Source: an uncultured delta proteobacterium
GTDB lineage: Bacteria > Myxococcota > Myxococcia > Myxococcales > Myxococcaceae
Assembly: GCA_963771175.1 (NCBI GenBank)
Contig: CAVYSY010000033.1
Coordinates: 64,001 to 128,000, forward strand
Length of the DNA: 64,000 nt
Direction: 5' to 3'
Shown here: piece by piece, positions 21,145-29,181 of the stretch
Layout: each line of letters starts with the position of its first letter
How positions within the stretch are numbered: the stretch's first letter is position 1
Made by a program: the position numbers and the translations under genes
Notes under the pieces: model-generated
Told to the model about the DNA's origin: nothing
The model's database searches: none
Seen by the model: only the letters and a program-made list of their open reading frames with translations

Positions 21145-21885
21145 ATGGGAAACCACTGGTTCCCTCTAGTGGCCAGCGTGTTGCTGGCCACCAGTGCCGC
21201 GGCCGATCCCCTCCAGGAGCCCACCGACCAGGTGAACGTCGACCCGCGCGACGATCTGCTGGAGCTGTCCTGGTCCGACGCCGAGGAGCGCCTCCAGGGC
21301 AGCATCAGCCCCGCCGTCCCCCGCGAGGGAGAGCCCCTCAAGGTCATCGTCCGGCTCGGCCGCTTCGAGGGCACCCCCTTCGAGGGCCCCATCACCTTCA
21401 CCCTGCGTGAGGCGGGCTCCACCCACGGACAGACCGTCACCGTCCCGCACGGCGAGCAGCACTGGCAAGCCACCTTCACCCCCGAGAACGACGGCCCCCA
21501 CCTGCTCGATGTGAGCTTCCGTACCACCCGGTACAAGGCGCTCCACACCCCCCTGCAGGTGTGGGAGAACGCGCGGGTGCCGCGGCTGTTGGGATGGGGA
21601 GTGCTGGGCCTGGGAGCACTGGTGCTGCTCGGCTACAGCGTGCGCTCCCAGCTCCGGGGTGAGCGCCCGGAGGAGCCAGCGCCTTCCGAGGCACCACCCT
21701 CCATGCCGCTCCCAGAGAATCCGGCAGCGGCCACCTCCGCTGGCCCGGAGGCCGAGGCTCCGCCCTCCCCTGAATCTCCGGCCACGGCGGCTCCCCCTCC
21801 TGGGCCCGAGACCCCGCCCGCTCCCGCGAGTGAGTCCGCACCGGCCGAGCAGGCGGCTCCCAGCGATGAGCCCACCGGCCAGTAA
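21145..21885 (+). CDS. Exported protein with beta-rich domain, C-terminal TM helix and Pro/Ala/Glu tail
   Basis: Signal peptide MGNHWFPLVASVLLATSAAA; TM LLGWGVLGLGALVLLGY. Confidence 0.7.
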   Translation: MGNHWFPLVASVLLATSAAADPLQEPTDQVNVDPRDDLLELSWSDAEERLQGSISPAVPREGEPLKVIVRLGRFEGTPFEGPITFTLREAGSTHGQTVTVPHGEQHWQATFTPENDGPHLLDVSFRTTRYKALHTPLQVWENARVPRLLGWGVLGLGALVLLGYSVRSQLRGERPEEPAPSEAPPSMPLPENPAAATSAGPEAEAPPSPESPATAAPPPGPETPPAPASESAPAEQAAPSDEPTGQ

Positions 21886-21929
21886 TTTCGATAGGCGCCC
21901 CAGCACCCTCGGGAGGAAGTTTCCTTCCC

Positions 21930-21946
21930 TGTGACGGCCGTGTAAC
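21930..21946. promoter_or_regulatory. Direct repeat with 11-bp period; putative Pho-box-like or activator site
   Basis: TGTGAC-GGCCG-TGTAAC about 70 bp upstream of a sigma54-like element. Confidence 0.35.
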
Positions 21947-22012
21947 GCCCTCGGCCGGCGGCTTCCAGGCGCCGAGACGAGAAGACTGTCCGCTCCCGGA
22001 CGTCCGACTCCC

Positions 22013-22028
22013 GGGCATCCCGGTTGCA
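22013..22028 (+). promoter_or_regulatory. Putative sigma54 -24/-12 promoter
   Basis: GGGCATCCCGGTTGCA, i.e. GG-N10-GC with GGCA and TTGCA; 35 bp before the porin ATG. Confidence 0.6.
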
Positions 22029-22062
22029 CCCTCTCCGCGCGGATCGCGGCGAGGAGGAGTGC

Positions 22063-23184
22063 ATGGGCGAGGGGCGATGGGTCGAGAAGGGAAGACGGGG
22101 GCTCCTCGCCGCGATCCTCTTTTTGGGCCTGCCCGTGTGGGCCGATCCGGAAGCGACGGTGGAGGCGCCAAAGCCCGAGGCGGGCGTGGACGCGCCGAAG
22201 CCCGAGGCGGGCGTGGACGCGCCGAAGCCCGAGGCGGGCAAGGTAGAGGAGCCGCTGTCGGAGGGCGGTGAGGGACAGGCGGCTGACGCGAAGAAGAAGG
22301 GGCCCCAGGTGCGCGCCTTCGGGCGCGTCTACGCCCGGGTGAGCGCGGACGAGCGCGAGGGCTACGAGCGCGCGCTGTCCATTCCGTCGGCGCGCGTGGG
22401 CCTGTCCGCGTCACTGTCCCGCCTGGATGCCGAGGTGAGCGCGGACCTGTCGTCCAAGAACATCCTCAAGGACGCCTTCGTGCGCGTCTCGGACAAGCAC
22501 AAGCGGCTGCGCCTCTACGGCGGCCAGTTCAAGGCCCCCTTCCTGGCGCGCGAGCTCGAGCCCTCCTGGCAGCTGCCGGTGATGCAGCGCGGGCTGGTGG
22601 CGGACTACCTCGAGGACACGCACCAGATGGGCGGCCGGCGGCTGGGGTTGATGGGCGAGGTGAGCCTGAAGGACACCTGGAGGCTGAAGGTGTCCGGCGG
22701 CGTCTTCCAGGGCGCCAAGAACGAGGAGCTGGACACGCGGGCCAGCGAGGACGCCGCGCTCCGGGTGAGCGTGCGCCCCTTCAAGATCCTCACCGTGGGG
22801 GTGAGCAGCTACCTCACGGAGGTCTTCCAGGGCACCCGCAATTACGCGGTGGCCGCGGACGCGACGCTGAGCCTGGGCGCGCTGGAGCTGTCGGGCGAGT
22901 ACGTCAACGGGAAGCTCCCCCCGGGGCCCTTCTCCGCGCAGCTGGGGCTGGCCAGCTACACGTTGCCGGTGGGCCAGGAGGGGTGGGCGGTGCAACCGGT
23001 GGTGGGCGCCGAGCTGCTCCAGATCCGCGGCCCCCTGAGGGCGCGGGGCTACAGCTTCGTGGGCGGCCTCAACGTCCTCTACTCGGAGCACTTCAAGGCC
23101 ATGTTCCAGGCCGAGCACGCACTGCGCGCCGGGGACGAGGCGCCGGGCTTCGAGTACGCGCTGCAGCTCGCCACCCGCTTCTAG
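22063..23184 (+). CDS. Phosphate-selective porin OprO/OprP-like outer membrane protein
   Basis: GAGGAG RBS; signal peptide; SARVG..LKDAF..GQFKAPF..LPVMQR pattern; amphipathic strands; terminal Phe. Confidence 0.75.
   Translation: MGEGRWVEKGRRGLLAAILFLGLPVWADPEATVEAPKPEAGVDAPKPEAGVDAPKPEAGKVEEPLSEGGEGQAADAKKKGPQVRAFGRVYARVSADEREGYERALSIPSARVGLSASLSRLDAEVSADLSSKNILKDAFVRVSDKHKRLRLYGGQFKAPFLARELEPSWQLPVMQRGLVADYLEDTHQMGGRRLGLMGEVSLKDTWRLKVSGGVFQGAKNEELDTRASEDAALRVSVRPFKILTVGVSSYLTEVFQGTRNYAVAADATLSLGALELSGEYVNGKLPPGPFSAQLGLASYTLPVGQEGWAVQPVVGAELLQIRGPLRARGYSFVGGLNVLYSEHFKAMFQAEHALRAGDEAPGFEYALQLATRF
22159..22239 (+). repeat. Three tandem 27-bp units encoding V[E/D]APKPEAG
   Basis: GTGGACGCGCCGAAGCCCGAGGCGGGC twice plus one variant. 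Confidence 0.9.
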
Positions 23185-23199
23185 GAACGGAGATCGACC

Positions 23200-23913
23200 A
23201 TGCTCCAGTTCGCGGAAGGAGAAGTCACCAAGCTGCGCCGGGAGTTCAAGCTGGTGCTGGGAACGGACGAGGCGCAGGTGCTGTGCGCGCGGCTGTCCAT
23301 GGCGCTGGGCGAGTACCTCCCGCCGTCCACGCGCATCACCTCCGTGTACTTCGACAAGCCGGGCTACCCGCTGACGCGGCGCGCCCTGGACACGCCGAAT
23401 GACTGCCTCAAGGTGCGCACCAAGGAGTACTCGCCGGACCTGGGCGCCGGCGGAGTGCAGCGGGTGGTGCTGGAGGTGAAGCGCGAGCGCCATGGCGTCA
23501 CCCAGAAGCGCCGCGTGTGGGTGCCGCGCGCGCAGCTCGGGCAGGTGCTCGAGGGCGGCACGCGCCTGCTGCCACTCATCGCCGGGGGCAGCCTCCTGCC
23601 GACGCTCGCGGTGACGTACCGGCGGCACGTGTACCAGAGCTCGCAGTCGTGGCGCGTGACGGTGGACCGGGACATCGGCTTCCACCGGGTGACGCCGGAG
23701 CTGGCGCTCGGCCCGACGACGCTGAGCGCGGAGCGGCTGGGCGAGCCCTTGGTGCTGGACGGGCGCGTGGTGGTGGAAGTGAAGCACCTGGGAGAGGACC
23801 TGCCCGAGTGGCTCTCGGCGCTCAACCCCGGGCGAAAGCCGGCGTACAGCAAGTTCGCCGAGGGGATGGCGAGGGTCCACGACTTCGTCGCGGACGGGAT
23901 TATGGGGGGCTGA
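23200..23913 (+). CDS. VTC domain (polyphosphate polymerase / CYTH-TTM fold) protein
   Basis: RREFK, ITSVYFD, KVRTKEY, LEVKR, YRRHVY, RVTVDRDI, VEVK, YSKF. Confidence 0.88.
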   Translation: MLQFAEGEVTKLRREFKLVLGTDEAQVLCARLSMALGEYLPPSTRITSVYFDKPGYPLTRRALDTPNDCLKVRTKEYSPDLGAGGVQRVVLEVKRERHGVTQKRRVWVPRAQLGQVLEGGTRLLPLIAGGSLLPTLAVTYRRHVYQSSQSWRVTVDRDIGFHRVTPELALGPTTLSAERLGEPLVLDGRVVVEVKHLGEDLPEWLSALNPGRKPAYSKFAEGMARVHDFVADGIMGG

Positions 23914-23919
23914 GGAACC

Positions 23920-25623
23920 GTGTTCATCGACTTCGAAGGCATCGACGGCAGCGGAAAGACGACCCTGTCCAACCTCCTGGCGGCGCGACTGAGGCGGCTC
24001 GGCTACCGGGTGGCGCACGCGCGCGAGGGTGGAGAGCTGCGCTCGCCCATCGCCCGGCGCATCCGCGAGCTCACCCGCGACTCCAAGCTGCTGGAGATGT
24101 CGCCGCGCACCGAGTTCTTCCTCAACCTCGCCCGGGACGCGCAGCAGCTCGAGGAGGTCATCGCCCCCGCGCTCTCTCGCGGCGAGGTGTGCATCAGCGA
24201 CCGCTACCTCTACTCGCAGCTCGCCCTGAGCGGCGGGGGGCGCGGACTGCCCTGGGAGTCGCTCGAGCCGGCGTGCGAGCTGGCCTCGCAGGGGCTGTGG
24301 CCGGACCTCGTCATCCTGGTGGACGTGGAGCCGGACCTGGCCCGGCTGCGCAAGCGCCTGGGGAAGATCAAGGGCGAGCGGGCCCCGGACTCGGACAGCC
24401 GCAAGGGACTGGCCGGAGCGGGCCTGGCGGTGCGCATGCGCGAGGCCTTCCTCGCCCTGGCGCGCAGGGACCCGGCCCGCTGGCTCGTCATCGAGAACAA
24501 CGACCAGCCGCTGCACGTGCTGGAGCAGCGCATCGTCGACGCGGTGGTGGCGCGGCTGGAGGGGCGCGAGCTGCCGGCGCAGCGCATCAACCCGAGCCCC
24601 ACACCGGTGCAGGTGCCGGCGAAGGTGGACGACGTGGAGGAGCACTTCTTCCGCACGCTGGACGGACTGGAGACGCGCGAGCCCCAGCTCGCGGTGTGGC
24701 TGCTGGGAGGCCTCCCCGGCTTCGCCGCGCACCAGCGGCGGCTGGGCTTCGTGGAGCGCTTCCCGGGCCTCACGGTGCGCAGCCTCACCGGCCTGGATGA
24801 CGAACCGGCCTGGGCCCTGCGCGAGCTGCTGACGGAGGTGGTGCCGCAAGAGGTGGTGGCGAGCCTCGGCACCAATCCGACGCCCCAGGCCATGTCCCTG
24901 CGCGAGCGCCTGTACGGCCACGCACCCGCGGAGGCACTCGCCGGCCTCAAGCGCAACGGCTCGCCCGAGGCCTGGGCCCTGCGCGAGCACGCCCTGCGCG
25001 AGGGACTGCTGGCCGAGGTGCTCTGCGGACTGGCCGGGGTGGACGACGAGCCAGCCTGGGCGGCGCGCGAGCTGGGCGTGCGGCGCGGGCTGTACTTGGA
25101 CGTGGCGCGCAGCCTCACCGGCCTGGACTCGCCCCGGGCGGACGCCCTGCGCGAGAGCCTGCTCTCGCATGACAGGCTGGCGGTGCTGCGCTGCACCCAG
25201 GGCCTGGACACGCCCTTCGCCCGCGAGCTGCGCGTGGCGCTCGAGGACAAGGCACTCAAGCTGGTGCTGCGCTCGCTGAGCGGGCTCACCACCGACGAGG
25301 CCTTCGCCCTGCGTGAGCGCGGCGCGCCCCTGACGAAGGAGGCCCTCGACTCGCTGGATGGACTGGACGACCCGCGGGCCTGGCGGCTGCGCGAGGCCTT
25401 CGTGAGCCGCTGGCCCGCCACGGTGGTGTCCTCGCTCGAGGGGCTGCCGCTGACGGAGCGCGCCGAGGCACTCGTGCTGCGCGCGCTGGAGGCCAGCTCC
25501 GCCCGCCTGCCGGTGCTGCGCAACGCCTACCGCCTCGTCGCCGCCGCCCACGCCGCCACGCTCCCCGGGGAGCACACGGCCCAGCGGATGGCCGCGGACG
25601 AAGCCTCGCCGCCGGCGCTCTGA
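23920..25623 (+). CDS. Thymidylate-kinase-like domain fused to a C-terminal helical (HEAT-like) repeat array
   Basis: FIDFEGIDGSGKTT, REGG, ISDRY, PDLVILVDV; about nine repeats resembling SLxGLDxxxAWxLRExL. Confidence 0.85.
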   Translation: MFIDFEGIDGSGKTTLSNLLAARLRRLGYRVAHAREGGELRSPIARRIRELTRDSKLLEMSPRTEFFLNLARDAQQLEEVIAPALSRGEVCISDRYLYSQLALSGGGRGLPWESLEPACELASQGLWPDLVILVDVEPDLARLRKRLGKIKGERAPDSDSRKGLAGAGLAVRMREAFLALARRDPARWLVIENNDQPLHVLEQRIVDAVVARLEGRELPAQRINPSPTPVQVPAKVDDVEEHFFRTLDGLETREPQLAVWLLGGLPGFAAHQRRLGFVERFPGLTVRSLTGLDDEPAWALRELLTEVVPQEVVASLGTNPTPQAMSLRERLYGHAPAEALAGLKRNGSPEAWALREHALREGLLAEVLCGLAGVDDEPAWAARELGVRRGLYLDVARSLTGLDSPRADALRESLLSHDRLAVLRCTQGLDTPFARELRVALEDKALKLVLRSLSGLTTDEAFALRERGAPLTKEALDSLDGLDDPRAWRLREAFVSRWPATVVSSLEGLPLTERAEALVLRALEASSARLPVLRNAYRLVAAAHAATLPGEHTAQRMAADEASPPAL

Positions 25624-25641
25624 GAGGGAAAGGGAGAGCGC

Positions 25642-26349
25642 ATGGACTCATTCTTCTCGGAGCTGCTTCAGGAGTTGACGACGGACGTCTCCCAGCCGGG
25701 CGCGGGCGTGATGGTGCCCCGCCTGCTGGCGGCGGTGGCCATCGGCACGGTGCTCGCGCTGCGGCCCTGGCGCCTGCTGACGCGCAAGCCGCTGCCCAAG
25801 GCGGAGATGATGCAGGCGCAGGTGCTGCTGTGCACCGCGGCGGCGGTCATCACCGCCGTCATCGGCAACAGCACGGCCAAGGCCTTCGGGCTGGTGGGCC
25901 TGGGCGGCTTCGTGCGCTTCCGCTCCGGGCTGAAGGATCCGCGCGACGCGGCCATCCTCTTCCTGATGATCGGCCTGGGCATGGCGTGCGGGCACGGCAG
26001 CCTGGGGCTGGCCGGGGTGGGCACCGGCTTCGTCGCCGTGCTGCTGCTCGTGTTGGACTTCTTCGACAAGAATGAGCCCACCGTCACGAAGCAGCGGATG
26101 CTGGTGTCGGCGCAGGCGGATGACCTGGTGGGCGCGGAGGCGTGGCTGAGGCAGACGCTCGGCGAGCGCAACGTGCTGGTGCGCGGGTGCGCGCTGGACT
26201 TCGACGGGCGGCGGCTGGAGCTCGAGGTGGAGGAGAAGGAGCCGGGGATGCTCGCATCGGCGCTGAGCCGGTCCGTGGGCGGCCCCCTCCGGGGGCTCCG
26301 GTGGTCGGAGCTGCCCTCCAACAAGGGCGGCTGGGAGGATCGGGGATGA
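25642..26349 (+). CDS. DUF4956 (MgtC/SapB-like) membrane protein
   Basis: AFGLVGLGGFVRFRSGLKDPRD..GLGMACG; 4-5 hydrophobic segments and a soluble C-terminal domain. Confidence 0.82.
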   Translation: MDSFFSELLQELTTDVSQPGAGVMVPRLLAAVAIGTVLALRPWRLLTRKPLPKAEMMQAQVLLCTAAAVITAVIGNSTAKAFGLVGLGGFVRFRSGLKDPRDAAILFLMIGLGMACGHGSLGLAGVGTGFVAVLLLVLDFFDKNEPTVTKQRMLVSAQADDLVGAEAWLRQTLGERNVLVRGCALDFDGRRLELEVEEKEPGMLASALSRSVGGPLRGLRWSELPSNKGGWEDRG

Positions 26350-27080
26350 GGGGCAGGAAGTGGGCCGCACTGGCGGCGGTGGTGTGTTGGGTGGGGTGCG
26401 GCGAGGGCGGCAGCCTGCCGGACGATGACGACTCGCGGCAGCCGTCCACGACGAACCCGGATGGCACGGTGCCCCTACCGGACATCCCGAGCAAGCCGGG
26501 CCCGACCCAGAGCCTCTGGCCGCTGACACAGGGCACCACGTGGACGTACCGCATCACGGACCCGACGCGAGGCACCTTCGAGAAGCGCGTGGAGGTACTG
26601 GGAGAGCAGACGGTGCCGGAGACGGCCATGAAGGCCATCGCGGTGCGCAGCACGCAACCGCACCTGGAGGAGCTGTCCTGGCAGATCGACATGAACGGGG
26701 TGGTGGTGCGCCTGCGCGAGGAGGACCGCAAGGCGGGCACGCTGGCCCGGGTGACGACCTGGTCGCCCGCGACGGTGAAGGCCCTCTCCGCGGAGCAGCC
26801 CCAGGGGTGGAGCTACACGTCCGACATCCGCGAGCTGACGCGCAACGGTGACGGCTCGACGGAGGACAAGGACAAGACGTACGTGTGGAGCGTGGAGGCA
26901 GTGAACGAGACCGTCACCACCCCGGCTGGCACCTTCACCAACGCCATCCGCTTGAAGCGCGCGCGAGGCGACAAGGAGAACCAGGAGCGCATGTACTGGC
27001 TGGTGCCGGGCATCGGCAAGGTGAAGGAGACCGGCGAGCGGCTGGAGGAGCTCGTCTCCCACGACGTGAAGAACCCCTGA
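26346..27080 (+). CDS. Beta-rich lipoprotein
   Basis: ATGA overlap with DUF4956; lipobox WVGC; WPLTQGTTWTY, ETVTTPAGTF, YWLVPGIGKVKE. Confidence 0.8.
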   Translation: MRGRKWAALAAVVCWVGCGEGGSLPDDDDSRQPSTTNPDGTVPLPDIPSKPGPTQSLWPLTQGTTWTYRITDPTRGTFEKRVEVLGEQTVPETAMKAIAVRSTQPHLEELSWQIDMNGVVVRLREEDRKAGTLARVTTWSPATVKALSAEQPQGWSYTSDIRELTRNGDGSTEDKDKTYVWSVEAVNETVTTPAGTFTNAIRLKRARGDKENQERMYWLVPGIGKVKETGERLEELVSHDVKNP

Positions 27081-27267
27081 GACGACATCGCGGTAGCAGC
27101 CGGAAAGCAGGAGGGGCGCACCTCTCTTCTCGACACCTGGAAGCGCGGTAGCCCCTTTTGCCGTCTCTGTCTCCCTCTTTCAGTGATGGATTGACGGGTC
27201 GGCCGCGCATCCCGTGTACTTCCGGGAGGACGTTTCAGGCCCCGTGCGATCCACCGAGAGATGCGAC

Positions 27268-28152
27268 ATGTCCACGCGAGTTGTCAGCCCCCGGCTGGAA
27301 GGCGCACGGCCACGAGTCGGGTTGAGCGTCCTGGCGCTGCTGGCGCTCATGCTCCAGGCCGCGTGCATTACCACCATTGGAGCCCCTCGCGGCGGCCGCT
27401 ATGCCCACGACAACTCCGTCTCGGCCGCCTGCCGGCAGAACCCCGCCAACTGTGCCGCCCTGTCGGGGCGAGAGGCGGCCATCACGCGCATGGCGGAGGC
27501 GGGCACCACCGTGGCGTCCATCGGTGCGGCGCTGCGGGTGCTCGACAACCTGACGAGGGCCTCCATCGAGCAGGCGCTGACGGAGTGCGCCAACCTGGCC
27601 CGCTCGGAGGTCCTCCTGCGCTACCCACGCACGTTCAAGGACCCGGCCCCCGATGCCGACGAGTGCAACGAGTGGACGGTGGACGCCACGGGCAGGAGCG
27701 TGACGTGGGCCATGCGGCTGGGAACGGAGATGCACGAGGTGGCCGCCCGGTGCGCGCAGGAGCAGTTGAGCAAACTGCGCCTGGGCGGCTTCAGCGTCGA
27801 GTCACGTTACCGCTATGACAGCCGCACAGGGCAGTGGAAGCAGGTGAGCCCCCAGGAGGAGCGTGCGCTGGAGGAGTTCGGCAATCGGAGCGAGTTGAGG
27901 GGCTCACTGAAGCCAGACGTGGTCATCCACTCGGGTAACCCGAGCAACGTTCTGGCCGTCTATGACTTCAAGTTCCCCTGCGTCAACCCCGATAAGATAC
28001 AGGGAATCCCCGCGTGGGAAAGCTACGCCAAGGGGCATTCCCACCATGGTTTCACTCAAAAACAGATGTACCAGAAGCTATTGGGCCCAAACGTCAACCA
28101 ACCGGGGCAGAACGTCGCGCGCATTGTCCCCCGATGGGGAGTCATCCCATGA
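27268..28152 (+). CDS. Putative lipoprotein polymorphic toxin with PD-(D/E)xK nuclease C-terminus
   Basis: Hydrophobic signal ending QAAC; LKPDVVIH..VYDFKFPC; coupled to an immunity-like gene. Confidence 0.7.
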   Translation: MSTRVVSPRLEGARPRVGLSVLALLALMLQAACITTIGAPRGGRYAHDNSVSAACRQNPANCAALSGREAAITRMAEAGTTVASIGAALRVLDNLTRASIEQALTECANLARSEVLLRYPRTFKDPAPDADECNEWTVDATGRSVTWAMRLGTEMHEVAARCAQEQLSKLRLGGFSVESRYRYDSRTGQWKQVSPQEERALEEFGNRSELRGSLKPDVVIHSGNPSNVLAVYDFKFPCVNPDKIQGIPAWESYAKGHSHHGFTQKQMYQKLLGPNVNQPGQNVARIVPRWGVIP

Positions 28153-29054
28153 ACGAGCGCTATCCGAGAGTCCGCGTCCGCGTGGAGAGCGGCGCCCTGA
28201 TGATCCGCGAAGCCGTGAGCATCACCTTCTACATGCGCCATTCGCATGCGGATGTTTCAAACTCGGTACTACGCTCGCTGGAGTTCTACCGGCGCGTGGT
28301 GCAACCCCATGAGTTCTACCAATACTCCCATGAGGCAGGAACGGCAGTGAGGCTCGATGAAGCGGGCTGGGAGCGAAACCGGAACGAACTCCTCGATGAC
28401 CACAGTGCCATCATCCATATGTCTGGTGGGGCAGAGGGCGAGTATCGGTTCCTCTATCATGGCAGGCCCATCGACACTCCCATGCCCTGGGGTATCGAGC
28501 CCGACAGGGTGTGCGCGGTGAGCTTCTGGCTGCCCACCGAATACCTGGAGGAGCACGGCCCGGGGCGGGTACGCGAGCTGGCGCTGGAGTTGGGGGCTCC
28601 CCTTCCCTTCTGCTCCGGTCAGGCCGGTCTCGCCTTCAACTGCGAGACCGACATCCTGGGCACCTGGGCAGAGGTCTTCAAACTGTGTTTTCGCTACCCG
28701 GGCATGGAGATCCCCGACCCCGAACTGCTCTCATTGGAACTCGGCGCACGGGTCCGGACAGTCAATTGGCTCACTTTCCTGGGCCAACCGGTGCTCGGTG
28801 CCGTAGGAGGCGCGGCGGGACTGCGCGCCCGGCTGTCCTCGCCCGGCACCACCGTGCAGGAGCTGGAGGGCGAGCGGGCCGTCGTCACCCTGGGCCCCTG
28901 GCCCGAGGCGGGGGATACCGAGCGCGGCCTCGTTTTACCCGCCTACCGGGAGCTGGCGCGCGTGCTGGAGCCCTGGCTCTACCAGGAGAAACTCCGCGCT
29001 GCCCTTCCCCCTGGGCATGAGGTGCTCCGCTGGGAACGCCGCTTCCTCGATTGA
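28149..29054 (+). CDS. DUF3396 (TsiV-like) immunity protein
   Basis: ATGA overlap; SFWLPTEYLEEHGPG, FCSGQAGLAF, RYPGM, VNWLTFLG, LPAYRELARVLEP, WERRF. Confidence 0.8.
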   Translation: MNERYPRVRVRVESGALMIREAVSITFYMRHSHADVSNSVLRSLEFYRRVVQPHEFYQYSHEAGTAVRLDEAGWERNRNELLDDHSAIIHMSGGAEGEYRFLYHGRPIDTPMPWGIEPDRVCAVSFWLPTEYLEEHGPGRVRELALELGAPLPFCSGQAGLAFNCETDILGTWAEVFKLCFRYPGMEIPDPELLSLELGARVRTVNWLTFLGQPVLGAVGGAAGLRARLSSPGTTVQELEGERAVVTLGPWPEAGDTERGLVLPAYRELARVLEPWLYQEKLRAALPPGHEVLRWERRFLD

Positions 29055-29181
29055 AGCCAGAAGCGCCTGGCGAGTCCTCTCCCGCTCGCCGCCCACCAGA
29101 CAGGCAAATGCGAAGAATTGGATGGATGTCCAACGGTGAACCGTTGCACCCCGGTCCGAAATGGCTCGGACCGGAGGCACC

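Noticed and set aside
22159..22239. Tandem repeats as a CRISPR array (also 14107-14153 and about 10912-10965)
   Set aside because: In-frame coding repeats without spacers; no cas genes
23920..25623. Assigning the gene symbol tmk
   Set aside because: The fused repeat domain and operon context make housekeeping orthology uncertain
29135..29148. Second sigma54 promoter upstream of the phosphatase
   Set aside because: GG to GC spacing is 9 rather than 10, and the GGCA context is missing
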